From NCBI GenBank assembly GCA_030390025.1, contig CM059431.1:100070001-100134000 (forward strand): a stretch of DNA of 64,000 nucleotides, given 5' to 3'. The translations under genes were made by a program, and so were the position numbers. Shown in pieces: positions 39,831 through 53,945 of the stretch (positions are counted from its first letter, which is position 1; each line of letters starts with the position of its first letter). The notes beneath the pieces were generated by a model. The model was not told where the DNA came from, did no database searches, and saw nothing but the letters and a program-made list of their open reading frames with translations. The stretch comes from Squalus acanthias. Its lineage: Eukaryota.

Positions 39831-40069
39831 GCTTGAAGGAACAAGCCTTGCAACAGTAAGTATATAGACTGGGGGCAAGGTTCATGTTTGGCAATCTGCT
39901 GCTATTGGATTGTCCGCCTGTTCTATACCCAGCCCGGTTTATTTATTTTTTTCCTTTCAATGATTTATAACAGGCAGTCAATCCGCTATCGTCAATTTAC
40001 CAAAAGTAAACATCAACTCCACCGTTTTCTGGTTTGCAACGCTGATATGTGGCAGAGTTTTGTAACATA

Positions 40070-40710
40070 ATATAGAACTTACAGCACAGAAACAGGCCAT
40101 TCGGTCCAAGGGGTCGGCCATTTCGGACCGAGACGAGGAGAAATTCTTCACTCAGAGGGTGGTGAATCTTTGGAATTCTCTACCCCAGAGGGCTGTGGAG
40201 GCTCAGTCGTTGAGTATATTCAAGACAGAGATCAATAGATTATTGGATACTAAGGGAATCAAGGGATATAGAGATCGGGCAGGAAAGTGGAGATGAGGTA
40301 GAGGATCAGCCATGATCTTATTGAATGGTGGAGCAGGCTCGAGGGGCCGAATGGCCGACTTCTGCCATTAATTCTTATGTTCTTGTGTTCTTAACTGGTC
40401 CGTGCTGGTGTTTATGCTCCACACGAGCCTCCTCCCACCCCTCTTCATCTCACCCTATCAGCATAGCCTTCTATTCCTTTCTCCCTCATGTGTTTATCTA
40501 GTTTCCCCTTAAATGTATCTCTGTTCTTCGCCTCAACCACTCCCTGTGGTAGCGAGTTCCACATTCTCACCACTCTCTGGGTAAAGAAGTTTCTCCTGAA
40601 TTCCCGATTGGATTTATTAGTGACTGTCTCATATTGATGGCCCCGAGCTCTGGTCTCCCCCACAAGTGGAAACATCACCTCTACGTCTACCCTGTTGAAC
40701 CCCTTCATGT
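40070..40710. mobile_element. Nested CR1 3' fragments (+ copy ~40111-40391 inside a - copy)
   Basis: FFTQRVV/WNSLP-type sequence on both strands. Confidence 0.8.
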
Positions 40711-41424
40711 TCTCGCACGTGCAGCATTGAGCAGTTTGGGGTTTGAGTTGCGTTCGATCTATCAAATCGAATCTCTCCATTGTCATTCGTGGTTTAATTA
40801 AAGTGATGCGATATGACTGTCAGTGGATGGAGAGGCAGTATGAACCTAACTACATCAGCAAGGCCAGAAATAGAATAAAAACGTACGTCTATGTTATCTG
40901 AGAAAATATTATCTTCGACATCGGCATTATTATATTCAATTGGACAGCTTTGGATTTTGAAAGATAGCCTGCGGTTACCTTTGTACAAAGCAGTATGAAT
41001 CGCTGTGATTTATTCTTGTAAAGGTGCTCGTGCTGAACTGATTCCGCACTGTCAGTTGATGTGATGTTTGTAAATTTAATCAGCTTAAAGAAGAATTTCA
41101 AAATACATTCAGCAGAAGTGAATTGCTTTGATTTTTGCTGCATTCATAACATCTGTTCAACATCGCCTCAGTTTCCCCTCGAGGCAGTGCACTCATCTCT
41201 TTCAGGCAGACACACCCCCCCGATACGTTAATCCTACCTTCCTCTCTCGACAGAGGCAGCCCGACCTACTGAGTCTTTCCAGCATTTTTTATTTGTTTGG
41301 TTTTGCAGAATCCGCAGTATTTTGGTTTTTTTATGCTATAGAAGAATGGTCATACAGTTTCTCTGATTGGGTAGCTATAAGCAGTATATCTACAATCATC
41401 TTAATCAGAGGGCATTCGAATTAC

Positions 41425-42385
41425 ATAGAATCACAGAATGTACAGCACAGACACAGGCCATTCGGCCCAACTGGTCCGTGCCGGTGTTTCTGCTCCACAC
41501 CAGCCTCCTCCCACCCCTCTTCATCTCACCCTATCAACATATCCTTCTATTCCTTTCTCCCTCATGTGTTTATCTGCTTCCCCTTAAATGCATCTTTGCT
41601 ATTCGCCTCAACCACTCCCTGTGGTAGCGAGTTCCACATTCTCACCACTCTCTGGGTAAAGAATTCCCGATTGGATTTATTAGTAACCATCTCATACTTC
41701 TGGCCCCTAGTTCTGGTCTCCCCCACAAGTGGAAACATCTTCTCTACGTCTACCCTATTGAACCCTTTCATAATTTTAAAGACCTCTATCAGGTCACCCC
41801 TCAGCCTTCTCTTTTGTAGAGAGAAGAGCCCCAGCCTGTTCAATCTCTCCTGATGGTTACAGCCTCTCGGTTCTGGTATCATCCTTGCAGATTCGAGCTT
41901 GGAATGGACCTCCTTCTCAAAGTTGAACATTAAACTGCTTGTTATGCTTGGAGAGGGTGCAGAGGAGATTTACCAGAATGTGGCCAGGGAGGGGAGACTG
42001 AAGAAGCTGGGATTGTTTCCCAGGGAGCAGAGAAGGTTAAGGGGAGGTTTAATAGAGGTGTTCAAAACTATGAAGGGTTTTGATAGAGTAGATCGGGAGA
42101 AACTTTTTCCAGTGGCAGGAGGGTCGGTAACCAAAGGTCACAGATTGAAGGTAATTGGCAAAAGAACCAGGGGGGAGATGAGGAGATATTTTTTTACACA
42201 GCGAGTTGTTGTGATCTGGCACTCGCTGCCTGAAAGGGCGGTGGAAGCAGATAAATACTTGTAAAGGAAACATTTGCAGGGCTCTGGGTAAAGAGCAGGG
42301 GGGAGTGGGACTAATTGGAGAACTCTTTCAAAGAGCCGGCACAGGCACGATGGGCCGAATGGCCTCCTTCTGAGCCGTATGATTC
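41425..42385. mobile_element. Two CR1 3' fragments in opposite orientation (41425-41885 -, 41945-42385 +)
   Basis: ORFs 41562-41930 and 41899-42264. Confidence 0.85.
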
Positions 42386-42734
42386 TAAAGAGAGGATAGA
42401 TGTCCACTCAGTATTGCCTCTGGAATTCAGTATGATTCTCTGCAAATTCACGCTCTCTGTACAAAAGGGGGAAAGAAAAAGCAAATGGTGCATTGTGTGT
42501 CAATAAACTCGTGCTGTGTTCCAGTCTATTGAAAGGCGCCTAAAGCACGAGAACAAATCATTTTCAATTACACCATACGAGCACTTGAATATAACGTGAC
42601 AACATCTGAAAGCTGAACAGAAACAATTAAGCTTACGGTTGCAGCCAGAGGAGTAAGCTGCAGAGCAAGTTTGTTGGTTGATTGATAATAGTTCTGATGA
42701 CTTGACGAGGACCCTTGTAAAAGAAAATATAAGA

Positions 42735-43690
42735 AGGACTTGCATTTCTATAGCGCCTTTCACTACCTCAGGACGTCCCAAAGCTGTTTACAGCCAATGA
42801 AGTACTTTTGAAGTGAAATCACTGTTGTAGGAAATGTACGTGACGCTGTGCTTTTGAAGTGTAGTCACTGTTGTAATGCAGGAAACGCTGCAGCCAATTT
42901 GCGCACAGCAAGAAACCACTAACAGCAATGTGATAATGACCAGATAATCTGTTTTTGTTCTGTTGGTTGAGGGATAAATATTGGCCCCAGGACACCGGGG
43001 AAAACTCCCCTACTCTTCTTCCAATAATGCCGTGGGATCTTTTACCTTTAATCTTTTTGCTATTCGCCTCAACCGCTCCCTGTGGGAGCAAGTTCCACAT
43101 TCTCACCACTCTCTGGGTGAAGAAGTTTCTCCTGAATTCCCGATTGGATTTATTGGTGACTGTCTTATATTTATGGCCCCTAGTTTTGGTCTCCCCCACA
43201 AGTGAAAACATCTTCTCTACGTCTACCCTATCGAAACCATTCATAATTTTAAAGCCCTCTATCAGGTCACCCCTCATCGTTCTCTTTTCTAGAGAAAAGA
43301 GCCCCAGCCTGTTCAGTCTTTCCTGATAGTTATAACTTCTCAGTTCTGGTATCATCCTTGTGAATCTTTTTTGCACCTTCTCCAGTGCCTAAATATCCTT
43401 TTTATAATATGGAGACTAGAAGTGTTTCATGGTGCTCCAAGTGTGGTCTAACCAAAGTTTTATATAAGTTCAACATAACTTCTCCTCTTTTCAATTCTAT
43501 TTCTCTAGAAATGAACCCCAGTGCTTTGTTTGAATTTTTTATGACTTTGTTAACCTGCGGTGCTCGTGTTGAATAATTTGTGATCTGTACCCCTGATCCC
43601 TTCATGCCTCTACCCCGTGTACACTTATTTGACGAGGAGAATGTGGCCTCCTTATTCCTCCTACCAAAATGCACCACCTCACACTTGCAC
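42735..43690 (-). mobile_element. DeuSINE tail (42735-43045) joined to a CR1 fragment (43050-43690)
   Basis: Chimeric ORF 42819-43376. Confidence 0.8.
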
Positions 43691-43845
43691 AACATCATTT
43701 GTTATTCTTAGGGGCTGATTTATGAATGAACATCAGTGATCCTGTTTCAGTGCCTCTCTGGGAATTATATTTGCTGAAGTAACGAAGGGTCGTTTTACTG
43801 CTTCAACTCCACGGCTCCCGACACTCTGGACCTGTAGTAGAGGTT

Positions 43846-45160
43846 ACATAAGAACATAAGAAATAGGAGCAGGAGTAGACCAATCGGCCCCTCGAGCCTG
43901 CTCCGCCATTCAATGAGATCATGGCTGATCTGATCCAACCTCAACTCTAAAGAACACAAGAAGCAGGAGAAGGACCAGGCCACTCGGTCCCTGGGCCCGC
44001 TCCGCCACCCACAGGGCCTTGACCGATCCGAACTCAAACTCATGTCCAATTTCCAGCCCGCTCCCCGTAACCCCTAATTCCCTTTACTTCTAGGAAACGG
44101 TCTATTTCTGTTTTAAATTTATTTAATGATGTAGCTTCCACAGCTTCCTGGGGTAGCAAATTCCACAGACCCACTACCCTCTGAGTGAAAAAGTTTCTCC
44201 TCATCTCAGTTTTGAAAGAGCAGCCCCTTATTCTAAGATTATGTCCCCTAGTTCTAGTTTCACCCATCATTGGGAACATCCTCACCGCGTCCACCCGATC
44301 AAGCCCCTTCACAATCTTATATGTTTCAATAAGATCGCCTCTCATTCTTCTGAACTCCAATGAGTAGAGTCCCAATCTACTCAACCTCTCCTCGTATGTC
44401 CACTCCCTCATCCCCGGAATTAACCGAGTGAACCTTCTTTGTACTGCCTCGAGAGCAAGTATGTCTTTTCTTAAGTATGGACACCAAAACTGTATGCAGT
44501 ACTCCAGGTGCGGTCTCACCAATACCCTATACAACTGCAGCAATACCTCCCTGTTTTTATATTCTATCCCCCTAGCAATAAAAGCCAACATTCCATTGGC
44601 TTTCTTGATCACCTGCTGCACCTGCATACTAACTTTTTGATTTTCTTGCACCAAGACCCCCAGATCCCTTTGTACTGCAGTACTTTCCAGTTTCTCGCCA
44701 TTAAGATAATAACTTGCTCTCTGATTTTTCCTGCCAAAGTGCATAACCTCACATTTTCCAATATTGTATTCCATCTGCCAAATCTCTGCCCACTCACCCA
44801 GCCTGTCTATATCCCCTTGTAGGTTTTTTATGTCCTCCTCACTCTCTACTTTCCCTCCCATCTTTGTATCATCTGCAAACTTTGATATGTTACACTCTGT
44901 CCCCTCCTCCAAATCGTTAATATAGATTGTAAAGAGTTGGGGACCCAGCACCGACCCCTGCGGAACACCACTGGCTACTGGTTGCCAGTCCGAGAATGAA
45001 CCATTTATCCCAACTCTCTGCTTCCTGTTAGATAACCAATCCTCCACCCATGCCAGAATATTACCCCCAATCCAGTGATTTTTTATCTTAAGTAATAATC
45101 TTTTATGTGGCACCTTGTCGAATGCCTTCTGGAAGTCTAAATACACTACATCCACTGGTT
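43846..45160 (-). mobile_element. Young 5'-truncated CR1 with open RT C-terminal ORF (375 aa) and duplicated 3' tail
   Basis: YLDFQKAFDKVPH, GVPQGSVLGP, KFADDTK with no stops up to the natural end. Confidence 0.95.
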
Positions 45161-45741
45161 GCAGCAATATTTAGAGTTTTGAATCTTACATTAGTTCACC
45201 TTTACTCATTAGCAACGTAAATGAAATATAATCAATAGAAAGTATTTCTTTCCTTGTGGAAAGACTTCAGATGCAGTAAGGATTCATTCAGAAGAATTAA
45301 ACCTGTGTGTCAGTGCTCTCCCATTGAAACAGGTCAATAATTTCTTACCGATTCATAAAACATGAGCATAAAATTCCAATGAAGTGGCACATTAGTGGTG
45401 TGGGATATCTCGGCTAATGGATCTATGAAAATAAATAGCTTGGCATCATTTTCATGTATTGTATTGGTTTATAAGATGAATTAATTTTTATTGCAAAGTA
45501 TTAAGTAGCCATTAGGGACATAGAAACCTTTTGAAGTTTGGTTCCTGAAGGTTATCACTGTAAAAGCCAGGAGCAATTGAATGATTAAGCTAATTGAAGT
45601 CCTCATGTCAGTCGGTGCATATTCTATTCTCTATGTAGAGTGCGAGCAGGAGACTTGTGTTGTGCTTGATTTGGTGAGCAGAACATGTCTGCATTTTGGG
45701 AAGCTGCTCGTGCTGCAGTCTAGCTTGGAACATGAAAGTAA

Positions 45742-46410
45742 AAGAAAGAACTTGCATCTCTATAGAGCCTTTCACAACCTTGGGACGTACCAAAGCGATT
45801 CACAGCCAATGAAGTACTTTTTGAAGTGTAGTCACTGTTGTAATGTAGGAAACACAGCAGCCAATTTGTGCACAGCAAGCTCCCACACACTGCAATGTGA
45901 TAATGACCAGATAATCTGTTTTTAGTGATGCTGGTTGAGGGATAAATATTAGCCCAGGACACCGGGGAGAACTCCCCTGATCTTCTTCGAAATAGTGCCA
46001 CGGGATCTTTTACATCCACCTGAGAGAACAGACCAGTCTCAGTTTAACATCTGATCCGAAAGACGGCACCTCCGACAGTGCGGCGCTCCCTCAGTACTAC
46101 CCCTCCGACATGCGGCGCTCCCTCAGTACTGCCCCTCCGACAGTACGGCGCTCCCTCAGTACTGCCCCTCCGACAGTGCGGCGCTCCCTCAGTACTGCCC
46201 CTCCGACAGTGCGGCGCTCCCTCAGTACCGCCCCTCCGACAGTGCAGCGCTCCCTCAGTACCGCCCCTCCGACAGTGCAGCGCTCCCTCAGTACCGCCCC
46301 TCCGACAGTGCGGAGCTCCCTCAGTACTGCCCCTCCGACAGTGCGGAGCTCCCTCAGTACTGCCCCTCCGACAGTGCGGCGCTCCCTCAATACTGCCCCT
46401 CCAACAGTGC
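45742..46410 (-). mobile_element. DeuSINE with 33-bp VNTR (~10 units), head missing
   Basis: VNTR ~46070-46410. Confidence 0.87.
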
Positions 46411-46765
46411 CAGCTGTGGTTCGTATTCTTCGCCACTGTGTCAGAAGGTTGTCGGTTCAAGTCCCACTTCAAGGACACAAATCTAGGCTGACACGCCAGT
46501 GCAGTACTGAGTGAGTGCTGCACTGTCGGAGGTGCTCTTCCTGGTGTCCTGGGGCCAATATTTATCCCTCAATCAACATAACAAAAACAGATGATCTGGT
46601 CATTATCACATAGCTGTTTGTGGGAGCTTGCTGTGTGCAAATTATCTGCCGCGTTTCCTACATTACAGCAGTGACTACACTTCAAAAAGTACTTGATTGG
46701 CTGTAAAGCGCTTTGAGACGTCCTGAGGTGGTGAAAGGCGCTGTAGAAATGCAAGACTTTCTTTC
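46411..46765 (+). mobile_element. DeuSINE, single unit, internally deleted
   Basis: Head tcagaaggttgtcggttcaagtccc; jumps ggaggtgc|tcttcctggtgtcc. Confidence 0.8.
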
Positions 46766-47774
46766 ATTGTGAATTCGAGTCGATTGATTGGATCATAGCT
46801 GAATAATCATCATAAACTGGGGACCCTCAGATTTTATAGAATGATACAGCACAGGAGGAGGCCATTCGGCCCATCGTGATTGTGCCGGCTCTTTGAAAGA
46901 GCTCTCCAATTAGTCCCACTCCCCTCCCCCCCCCCACCCGCTCTTTCCCCATTGCCCTGCAAAATTTTTCCTTTTTAATGTAGACATCTAATTCCCTTTT
47001 GAATGTTGAATATCCACAGATACATTTGTGGATTTTTCACAAGATGGTGAGTTGGTGAAATCCGATTTCCTCCCGAACTTGAGGGGGAAAAAAAGTTTCC
47101 CAGTTTCCTTACCAAAAATCCAGCCTGGAGCTGCATACCTAATAGCATCTGTGACATAACTGTGCATATCGCATACTATATCTGCTGTGTTTGACGTCAC
47201 GGATTAAATGTGTGTGCATCATTGCCCACGGAAAAGAGACAAAGTCTGGGCAATTGGTATATTTTTTTTTAAATAGACTTGTATCGTCTTTAGGTACAGA
47301 TGTGAGAACTATCTACCTAGAACTTATTAAAAATCTGCTGATGATAAATCTGCTCACCTGGGATGAAAATTGGGCTGGTTCCATATCAGGTGGGCAGTCT
47401 GCTTGGCCGCATTACCATCAGATGCGCTGAAGGTGAAAATGTGCCCACTGATTTTTTAAATTGGTTGTAAAACTGACTTTAATGGTCCATAGCGCTGATG
47501 TCAATTAACAATGTGAAACTTGTACATGCCTAATATCCCAGGGGTCTGTGACTATATCTCTGTTTGAGGGAGTAATTGAATTTGCATAATGGTCCCATCT
47601 TATCCATTAGGCAAATCAGCAAGGGGAGGGAAATCATTAATTAAAAATACACGGCCAAGTCTGTAGTCGTCCTGACAAGCATTGGAAATAAAAATTGTGC
47701 ATGCGACAGATCTACAATACCAGTTTTATGGCAGGCGATGAGTTGAAGATCTACCCTTTGGGAGGAAGAATAGA

Positions 47775-48755
47775 AAAACAGAATATTTTTTAAATGGTGA
47801 GAAACTTTCAAATGTTGCTGTTCAGAGAGATTTGGGTGTCCTCGTGCAAGAAACACAGAAAGCTAGCATGCAGGTACAGCAAGCAATAAGGAAGGCAAAT
47901 GGCATGCTGGCCTTTATTGCAAGGGGGTTGGATTATAAGAGTAAGGAAGTCTTGCTACAATTGTACAGGGCCTTGGTGAGACCACACCTGGAGTACTGTG
48001 CACAGTTTTGGTCTCCTTATCTAAGGAAGGATATACTTGCCTTGGAGGCAGTGCAATGAAGGTTCACTAGATTGATTCCTGGGCTGAGAGGGTTGTCCTA
48101 TGATGAGAGATTGAGTAGATTGGGCCTATACTCTCTGGAGTTTAGAAGAATGAGAGGTGATCTCATTAAAACATGAAGGGGATTGACAGGGTAGATGATA
48201 GATGTCTAGAACTAGGGGCCATCGTCTCAGGATAAAGGGTAGGCCATTTAAGATTGAGATGAGGAGGAAATTCTTCACTCGGAGGGTTGTGAATCTTTGG
48301 AATTCTCTGCCCCAGAGGGCTGTGAATGCTGAGTTGTTGAGTATGTTCAAGGCAGAGATAGATAGATTTTTGGACTCTAGGGGAATCAAGAGATATGGGG
48401 ATAGGGCGGGAAAGTGGAGATGAGGTAGAAGATCAGCCATGATCTTATTGAATGGCGGAGCAGGCTCAAGGGGCCGTATGTTCTTACCCCAGTGTATTTA
48501 TATACTGTAATATATATCGGAGCTGGGGAGTTCTCCCCAGTGTCCTGGGCCAATATTTATCCCTCAACCAACACTTAAAAAAAAAACAGATGATCTGGTC
48601 ATTATCACATTGCTGTTTGTGGGAGCTTGCTGTGCGCAAATTGGCTGCCGCGTTTCCTACATTACAACAGTGACTCCACTTCAAAAAGTACTTCATTGGC
48701 TGTGAAGCGCTTTGGGACGTCCTGAGGTGGTGAAAAGCGCGAGAGAAATGCAAGA
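47775..48755 (+). mobile_element. CR1 3' fragment (to ~48480) followed by a DeuSINE tail (48520-48755)
   Basis: KANGMLAFIARG, RPHLEYC; SINE tail. Confidence 0.87.
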
Positions 48756-49021
48756 TATATATTGCAACGATAATTTTTAAACAGGTTTAGGTTTTCTTAT
48801 GGAATTACAGTGATTTAAAAAGAATCTTTCTCGTCCCCAGACCGCACTTGTGATAAAACTGTAAATTTTCAGTATTTTGTTAAACTGGCTGGTAGTGCAG
48901 CTGACGGCACTTTACACTGTAACCTCTGATCATAAATGAATCTTCTGATGCCTCTGGATGTTTCAGTTTGCTGAACTAATCAATTAAATGAACAACCACA
49001 GTGGACAGACCAAGGTGAAAC

Positions 49022-52000
49022 GGGCTGGAATTTGCTGGAGTGGGGCATCTCGTGGCGTGCCCCGTTAGTTAGACTTTATCGCTCGCCCTTCAGCTCAAAA
49101 TGTTTTTGCGCCGTAACCTGCTGACTGTGTGAGCTGATAACGGGGCGGCGAGTTGGCTAGGATGGATTGGGGAGCGTTACTTATAGGGTTGACGGTGGAT
49201 AGGCAATGGCAAACATTTAAAGATCGCATGGATGAACTACAGAATTTGTTCATCCCTGTTTGGCATAAAAATAAAACAAAAAAGGTGACTCAACTGTGGC
49301 TAACAAGGGAAATTAGGGATGGCATAAGATCCAAGGAGAGGACATATAAATTGGCCAGAAAAAGCAGCAAATCTGAGGATTGGGAGCAGTTTAGGATTCA
49401 GCAAAGGAGGACAAAGGGATTAATTAAGAGGGGGAAAATAGAGTATGAGAGTAAGCTTGCAGGGAACATAAAAACTGACTGTAAAAGCTTCTATAGATAT
49501 GTGAAGAGAAAAAGATTGGTGAAGTCACGCATAGGTCCCTTGCAGTCAGAATCAGGGGAATTTATAATGGGGAACAAAGAAATGGCAGACCAATTAAATA
49601 CATACTTTGGTTCTGTCTTCACAAAGGAGGACACAAATAAACTCCCAGAGATGTCGGGGAACATAGGGTCTAATGAGAGGGAGGAACTGAATGAAATCAG
49701 TATTTGTAGGGAAATGGTGTTGGGGAAATTGATGGGATTGAAGGCCGATAAATCCCCAGGGCCTGATAATCTACATCCTAGGGTTCTTAAGGAAGTGGCC
49801 CTAGAAATAGTAGATGCATTGCTGGTCATCTTCCAAAATTCTATAGACTCTGGAACAGTTCCCATGGATTGGAGGGTAGCTAATGTAACCCCACTATTTA
49901 AAAACAGTGGTAGAGAGAAAACGGGGAATTATAGACCGGTAAGCCTGACATCGGTAGTGGGGAAAATGCTAGAGTCCATTATAAAAGATGTAATAGCAGA
50001 GCACTTGGAAAACAGTGACAGGATCGGACAAAGTCAACATGGATTTACAAAAGGTAAATCATGCTTGACTAATCTCCTGGAATTTTTTGAGGATGTAACT
50101 GGTAGAATAGATAAGGGAGAACCAGTGGATGTGGTGTATTTGGACTTTCAGAAGGCTTTCGATAAGGTCCCACATAAGAGATTAGCGTGCAAAGTTAAAG
50201 CACATGGGATTGGGGGTAAGCTACTGACTTGGATAGAAAACTGGTTGGCAGACAGGAAGTAATGAGTTGGAATAAACGGGTCTTTTTCCGAGTGGCAGGC
50301 AGTGACTAGTGGGGTACCGCAGGGATCGGTGCTAGGACTCCAGTTATTCACAATATATATATATTAATGATCTAGATGCGGGAACTAGATGTAATATCTC
50401 CAAGTTTGCAGACGACATAAAGCTGGGTGGGCGTGTGTGCTGTGAGGAGGATGTAGAGAAACTCCAGTATGATTTGGACAGGTTGGGTGATTGGGCAGAT
50501 GCATGGCAGATGCAGTATAATGTGGATAAATGCGAGGTTATCCACTTTGGTGGCAAAAACAGGAAGGCAGATTATTGTCTGAACGGCAATAGATTGGGAA
50601 AAGGGGAAGTGCAACGAGACCTGGGTGTCCTTGTGCACCTGTCGCTGAAGGTAAGCATGCAGGTGCAGCAGGCGGTTAAGAAGGCAAATGGTATGTTGGC
50701 CTTCATAGCGAGAGGATTCGAGTTCAGGAGCAAGAATGTCTTGCTGCAGTTGTACAGGGTCTTGGTGAGACCACACCTTGAGTATTGTGTGCAGTTTTGG
50801 TCGCCTTATCTGAGGAAGGATGTTCTTGCCATGGAGGGAGTGCAGCGAAGATTCACCAGACTGATACCTGGGATGGCAGGAATGACGTATGAAGAGAGAT
50901 TGGGTCGATTAGGCTTTTATTCACTGGAGTTTAGAAGAATGAGAGGGGATCTCATTGAAACTTATAAAATTCTAACAGGACTAGACAGACTAGATGCAGG
51001 AAGGATGTTCCCGATGGCGGGGGAGTCCAGAACCAGGGGTCACAGTCTAAGGATAAGGGGTAAGCCATTTAGGACTGAGATGAGGAGGAATTTCTTCACC
51101 CAGAGAGTGGTGAACCTGTGGAATTCTCTACCACAGAAGGCAGTTGAGGCCAATTCATTAAATATATTCAAGAAGGAGTTAGATATATTTCTTAAGGCTA
51201 AGGGGATCAAGGGATATGGGGAGAAGGCAGGGACAGGGTACTGAATTTGGATGATCAGCCATGATCGCATTCAATGGCGGAGCAGGCTCGAGGGGCTGAA
51301 TGGCCTACTCCTGCTCCTATCTTCTGTGTAACGGGGCATCTGGGACCCCAGTGAACGACGGGACCAACAGTCTATCTCCTTAACCCATGAGATTAAAGGA
51401 TTGAGAAAGAATCAGAGGAACGACGGAGAAAGAACTCTGGTGATTTAGAGTCAAATCAGGTACAGAAAGAGAAATAAAGAGAAGGAAAAAAGATTGGATT
51501 AAGAGAGAGAGAGAAAAGAGACAAAGAAAAAATGCAAGAACAAAAAATACAAAATGTAAAATCTGACATTTTTAAATCTCCAACAATTTATTACCTGAAG
51601 GAATGAGACTCAATAATTTACATTGTTCACTTTCTGGGCCAGAGAGATTGATTGGCATTCCATTAACAATTATCATGTTGTTAAGGGAATCGAGGGATAT
51701 GGGATCGGGCAGGATCTTATTGAATGGCGGAGCAGGCTCGAGGGGCCGAATGGCTGACTCCTGCTCCTAATTTCTTATGTTCTTAAAAGGGCACTTGCAC
51801 TATTAATTACTAGACGTGACTGTCTGCGGCGAGTTTAATGGGCAATTAATGCGCGAATCCAGCAAGTTGTTAAAAATAACGGGGAGGCTGAGGCCGAGAT
51901 GCCATTTGTGCGAAGCAAACAGCGGAGCGACGTAAACCGAGCAGCGAGTTCTGGAGATTCGCGACTCTCGGCGTACCTCCCCATCCCCTGAACTCACTGG

Positions 52001-52066
52001 CCGATTTGCCCATTATTAACGGCGTGCGTCGTTAACAAGCTGTAATTGTTCCAGCAAGATTCGGCT
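49022..52066. mobile_element. Probable MITE (imperfect TIR gggctggaatttgctgga / tccagcaagattcggctc) hosting a CR1
   Basis: CpG-rich ends with an AT/GA-rich core; imperfect TIRs. Confidence 0.5.
49147..51328 (+). mobile_element. 5'-truncated CR1 LINE (~2.2 kb) with 9-bp TSD taacggggc
   Basis: ORF2 motifs SPGPD, NYRPVSLTS, QHGF, AFDKVPH, FADD; one stop and a (ta)n frameshift near 50260-50365; TSD at 49138-49146 and 51329-51337. Confidence 0.94.
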
Positions 52067-52559
52067 CATCGTGTATCTTACAGAGTACATCCAAACATTC
52101 ACTAATAGCATGATTTGTCATCGGAAACAAGCAAAAAGGTCTGGGCAAAACTGATCTAAAAGACCACCAATTTAGAGTGGGAGAACTATCAAGGGCTTGC
52201 ATTTCTTGTATGAAAATGTAAACAATATTGCAGTGTTTGCTTTTGGGGTTGTCGATGAAGGTAAATTGTCGTGTGAAAATAGAGCAAAGGTATAGTTAAA
52301 AAGGCTAGATAATTGGAATGCACAGAGGAAAAATAGAATAAAACCGCAGTCTGGCATTTCAAAAACATTTGGAAGATTTACCATTAGTTTTCAAACTCTC
52401 CCGGCCCACGAGAACTGACCCACCTAGAAAAACCAACATATTGCCAAGAACCATCCTAACTTCTGAAACAGAGTGTTATTTACTCAAAGGAAAACCCAGT
52501 ACTGTACTATCATTGCTTAAAAAAATCTTTTTTTATTGGTATATAGCAATAGAAATCAT

Positions 52560-53366
52560 GGCCGCGGTATTTACTGGGGAGGGGTTTCAGAGCGGGGGCA
52601 GGCGCTGTGGTCGGGCGAACGCTGGAGTTTTAACTCCACGGCGTGCGTGCGTGCTTTTTAAACTGGTTCCCCGCACGGAGGCCCACCTGGTTGACGGGCT
52701 TGGCCGCCTGTTGGGCAGGGAAACAGTCGCAACCCAGGATCGGGTATGTTTTGTGGTTGTTGGGGGTCAAAGATCGGGGTGGGGGGGGGTGCGGTTGAGA
52801 TGGGTGGGTCCAGGGGGCGCGAGATTATGGAGGTGGGGGAGTTGGTGGTTGCGGGGGGGAACAGATGGGGGTTGGGGGGAGAGTCGAAGATGATGGAGGG
52901 GGGGTTAGTGATGGGGGGGAATCGGGGGCGAGATCGTGGAGTTGGAGACTGTGGGAGATTGAGATGGGGGGAGTCGGTGATCGTGGGCGGGGACGGAGGG
53001 GGGGCGGTGGAGTTGGGGAGTGTTTACAGGGTAGAGTTGGCCTGGAGGAGACACTCCTGCTCTTCCTGGCCCACAAGCAGTGCTGTAAAGGCACGTACCT
53101 GATGGATCCGGCCCTTCTCACCTCCTTTTACCTGCAGGGTTTCCCGACCGACGTGGGTTTAAAATAGAAACCTTGTTAAAATGGAGGCACACAGCTTCAT
53201 TCACTGGTTTCAATGACCGACCCGCCTCCTGAGAGTGGATTGGCCGCCCGCTCCTCATCCCGTGGGTGGGTTCGAGGCAGGTTGGGTTCGGGTTTCAGAT
53301 TTTTAACATTTTAACCTCCCACCCAACACAAACCCACCTGTTTTTGGGGGGTTAAAACTTCCCCCC
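52560..53366. mobile_element. GC-rich MITE family M2 with expanded G-rich interior
   Basis: Inverted homologue of 35890-36457. Confidence 0.6.
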
Positions 53367-53470
53367 AATGTCTTCATAAGTAGGAAGAAAAGAAATAAAT
53401 TAGAAACCTGACATCACTCATAGGGAAATCTAATGACCTTGGAGTCCTCCTGGAATAATTATGTCCCAAT

Positions 53471-53945
53471 AACAACAACTTGCATTTATATAGCGCCTTT
53501 TAATGTAGTAAAACACCCCAAGGTGTTTCACAGGAGCGATTATCAGACAATATTTGATACTGAGCCACATAAGGAGATATTAGGGCAGGTGACCAAAAGC
53601 TTGGTCAAAGAGGTCAGTTTTAAGGAGCATCTTAAAGGAGGAGAGAGAGGCGGAGAGGTTTAGGGAGGGAATTCCAGAGCTCGGGGCCCAGGCAGCTGCA
53701 GGCACGGCCGCCAATGGTGGAGCAATGGGAATCGGGGATGAGCAAGAGGCCAGAATTGGAGGAGCACAGAGATCTCGGAGGGTTGTAGGGTGGAGGAGGT
53801 TACAGAGATAGGGAGGGGGCGAGGCCACGGAGGGATTTGAAAACAAGGATGAGAATTTTAAGAGCGAGGCGTTGCTTAACCAGGAGCCAATGTAGGTCAG
53901 TGAGCACAGGGGGTGATGGGTGAACGGGACTTGGTGCGAGTTAGT
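53471..53945 (-). mobile_element. L2 LINE 3' portion
   Basis: LTRTKSRSPITP; (aac)n tail. Confidence 0.87.

Noticed and set aside
44040..45167. Intact 375-aa RT ORF as a domesticated gene or active LINE
   Set aside because: 5'-truncated within the RT, no endonuclease or promoter; openness is explained by young age
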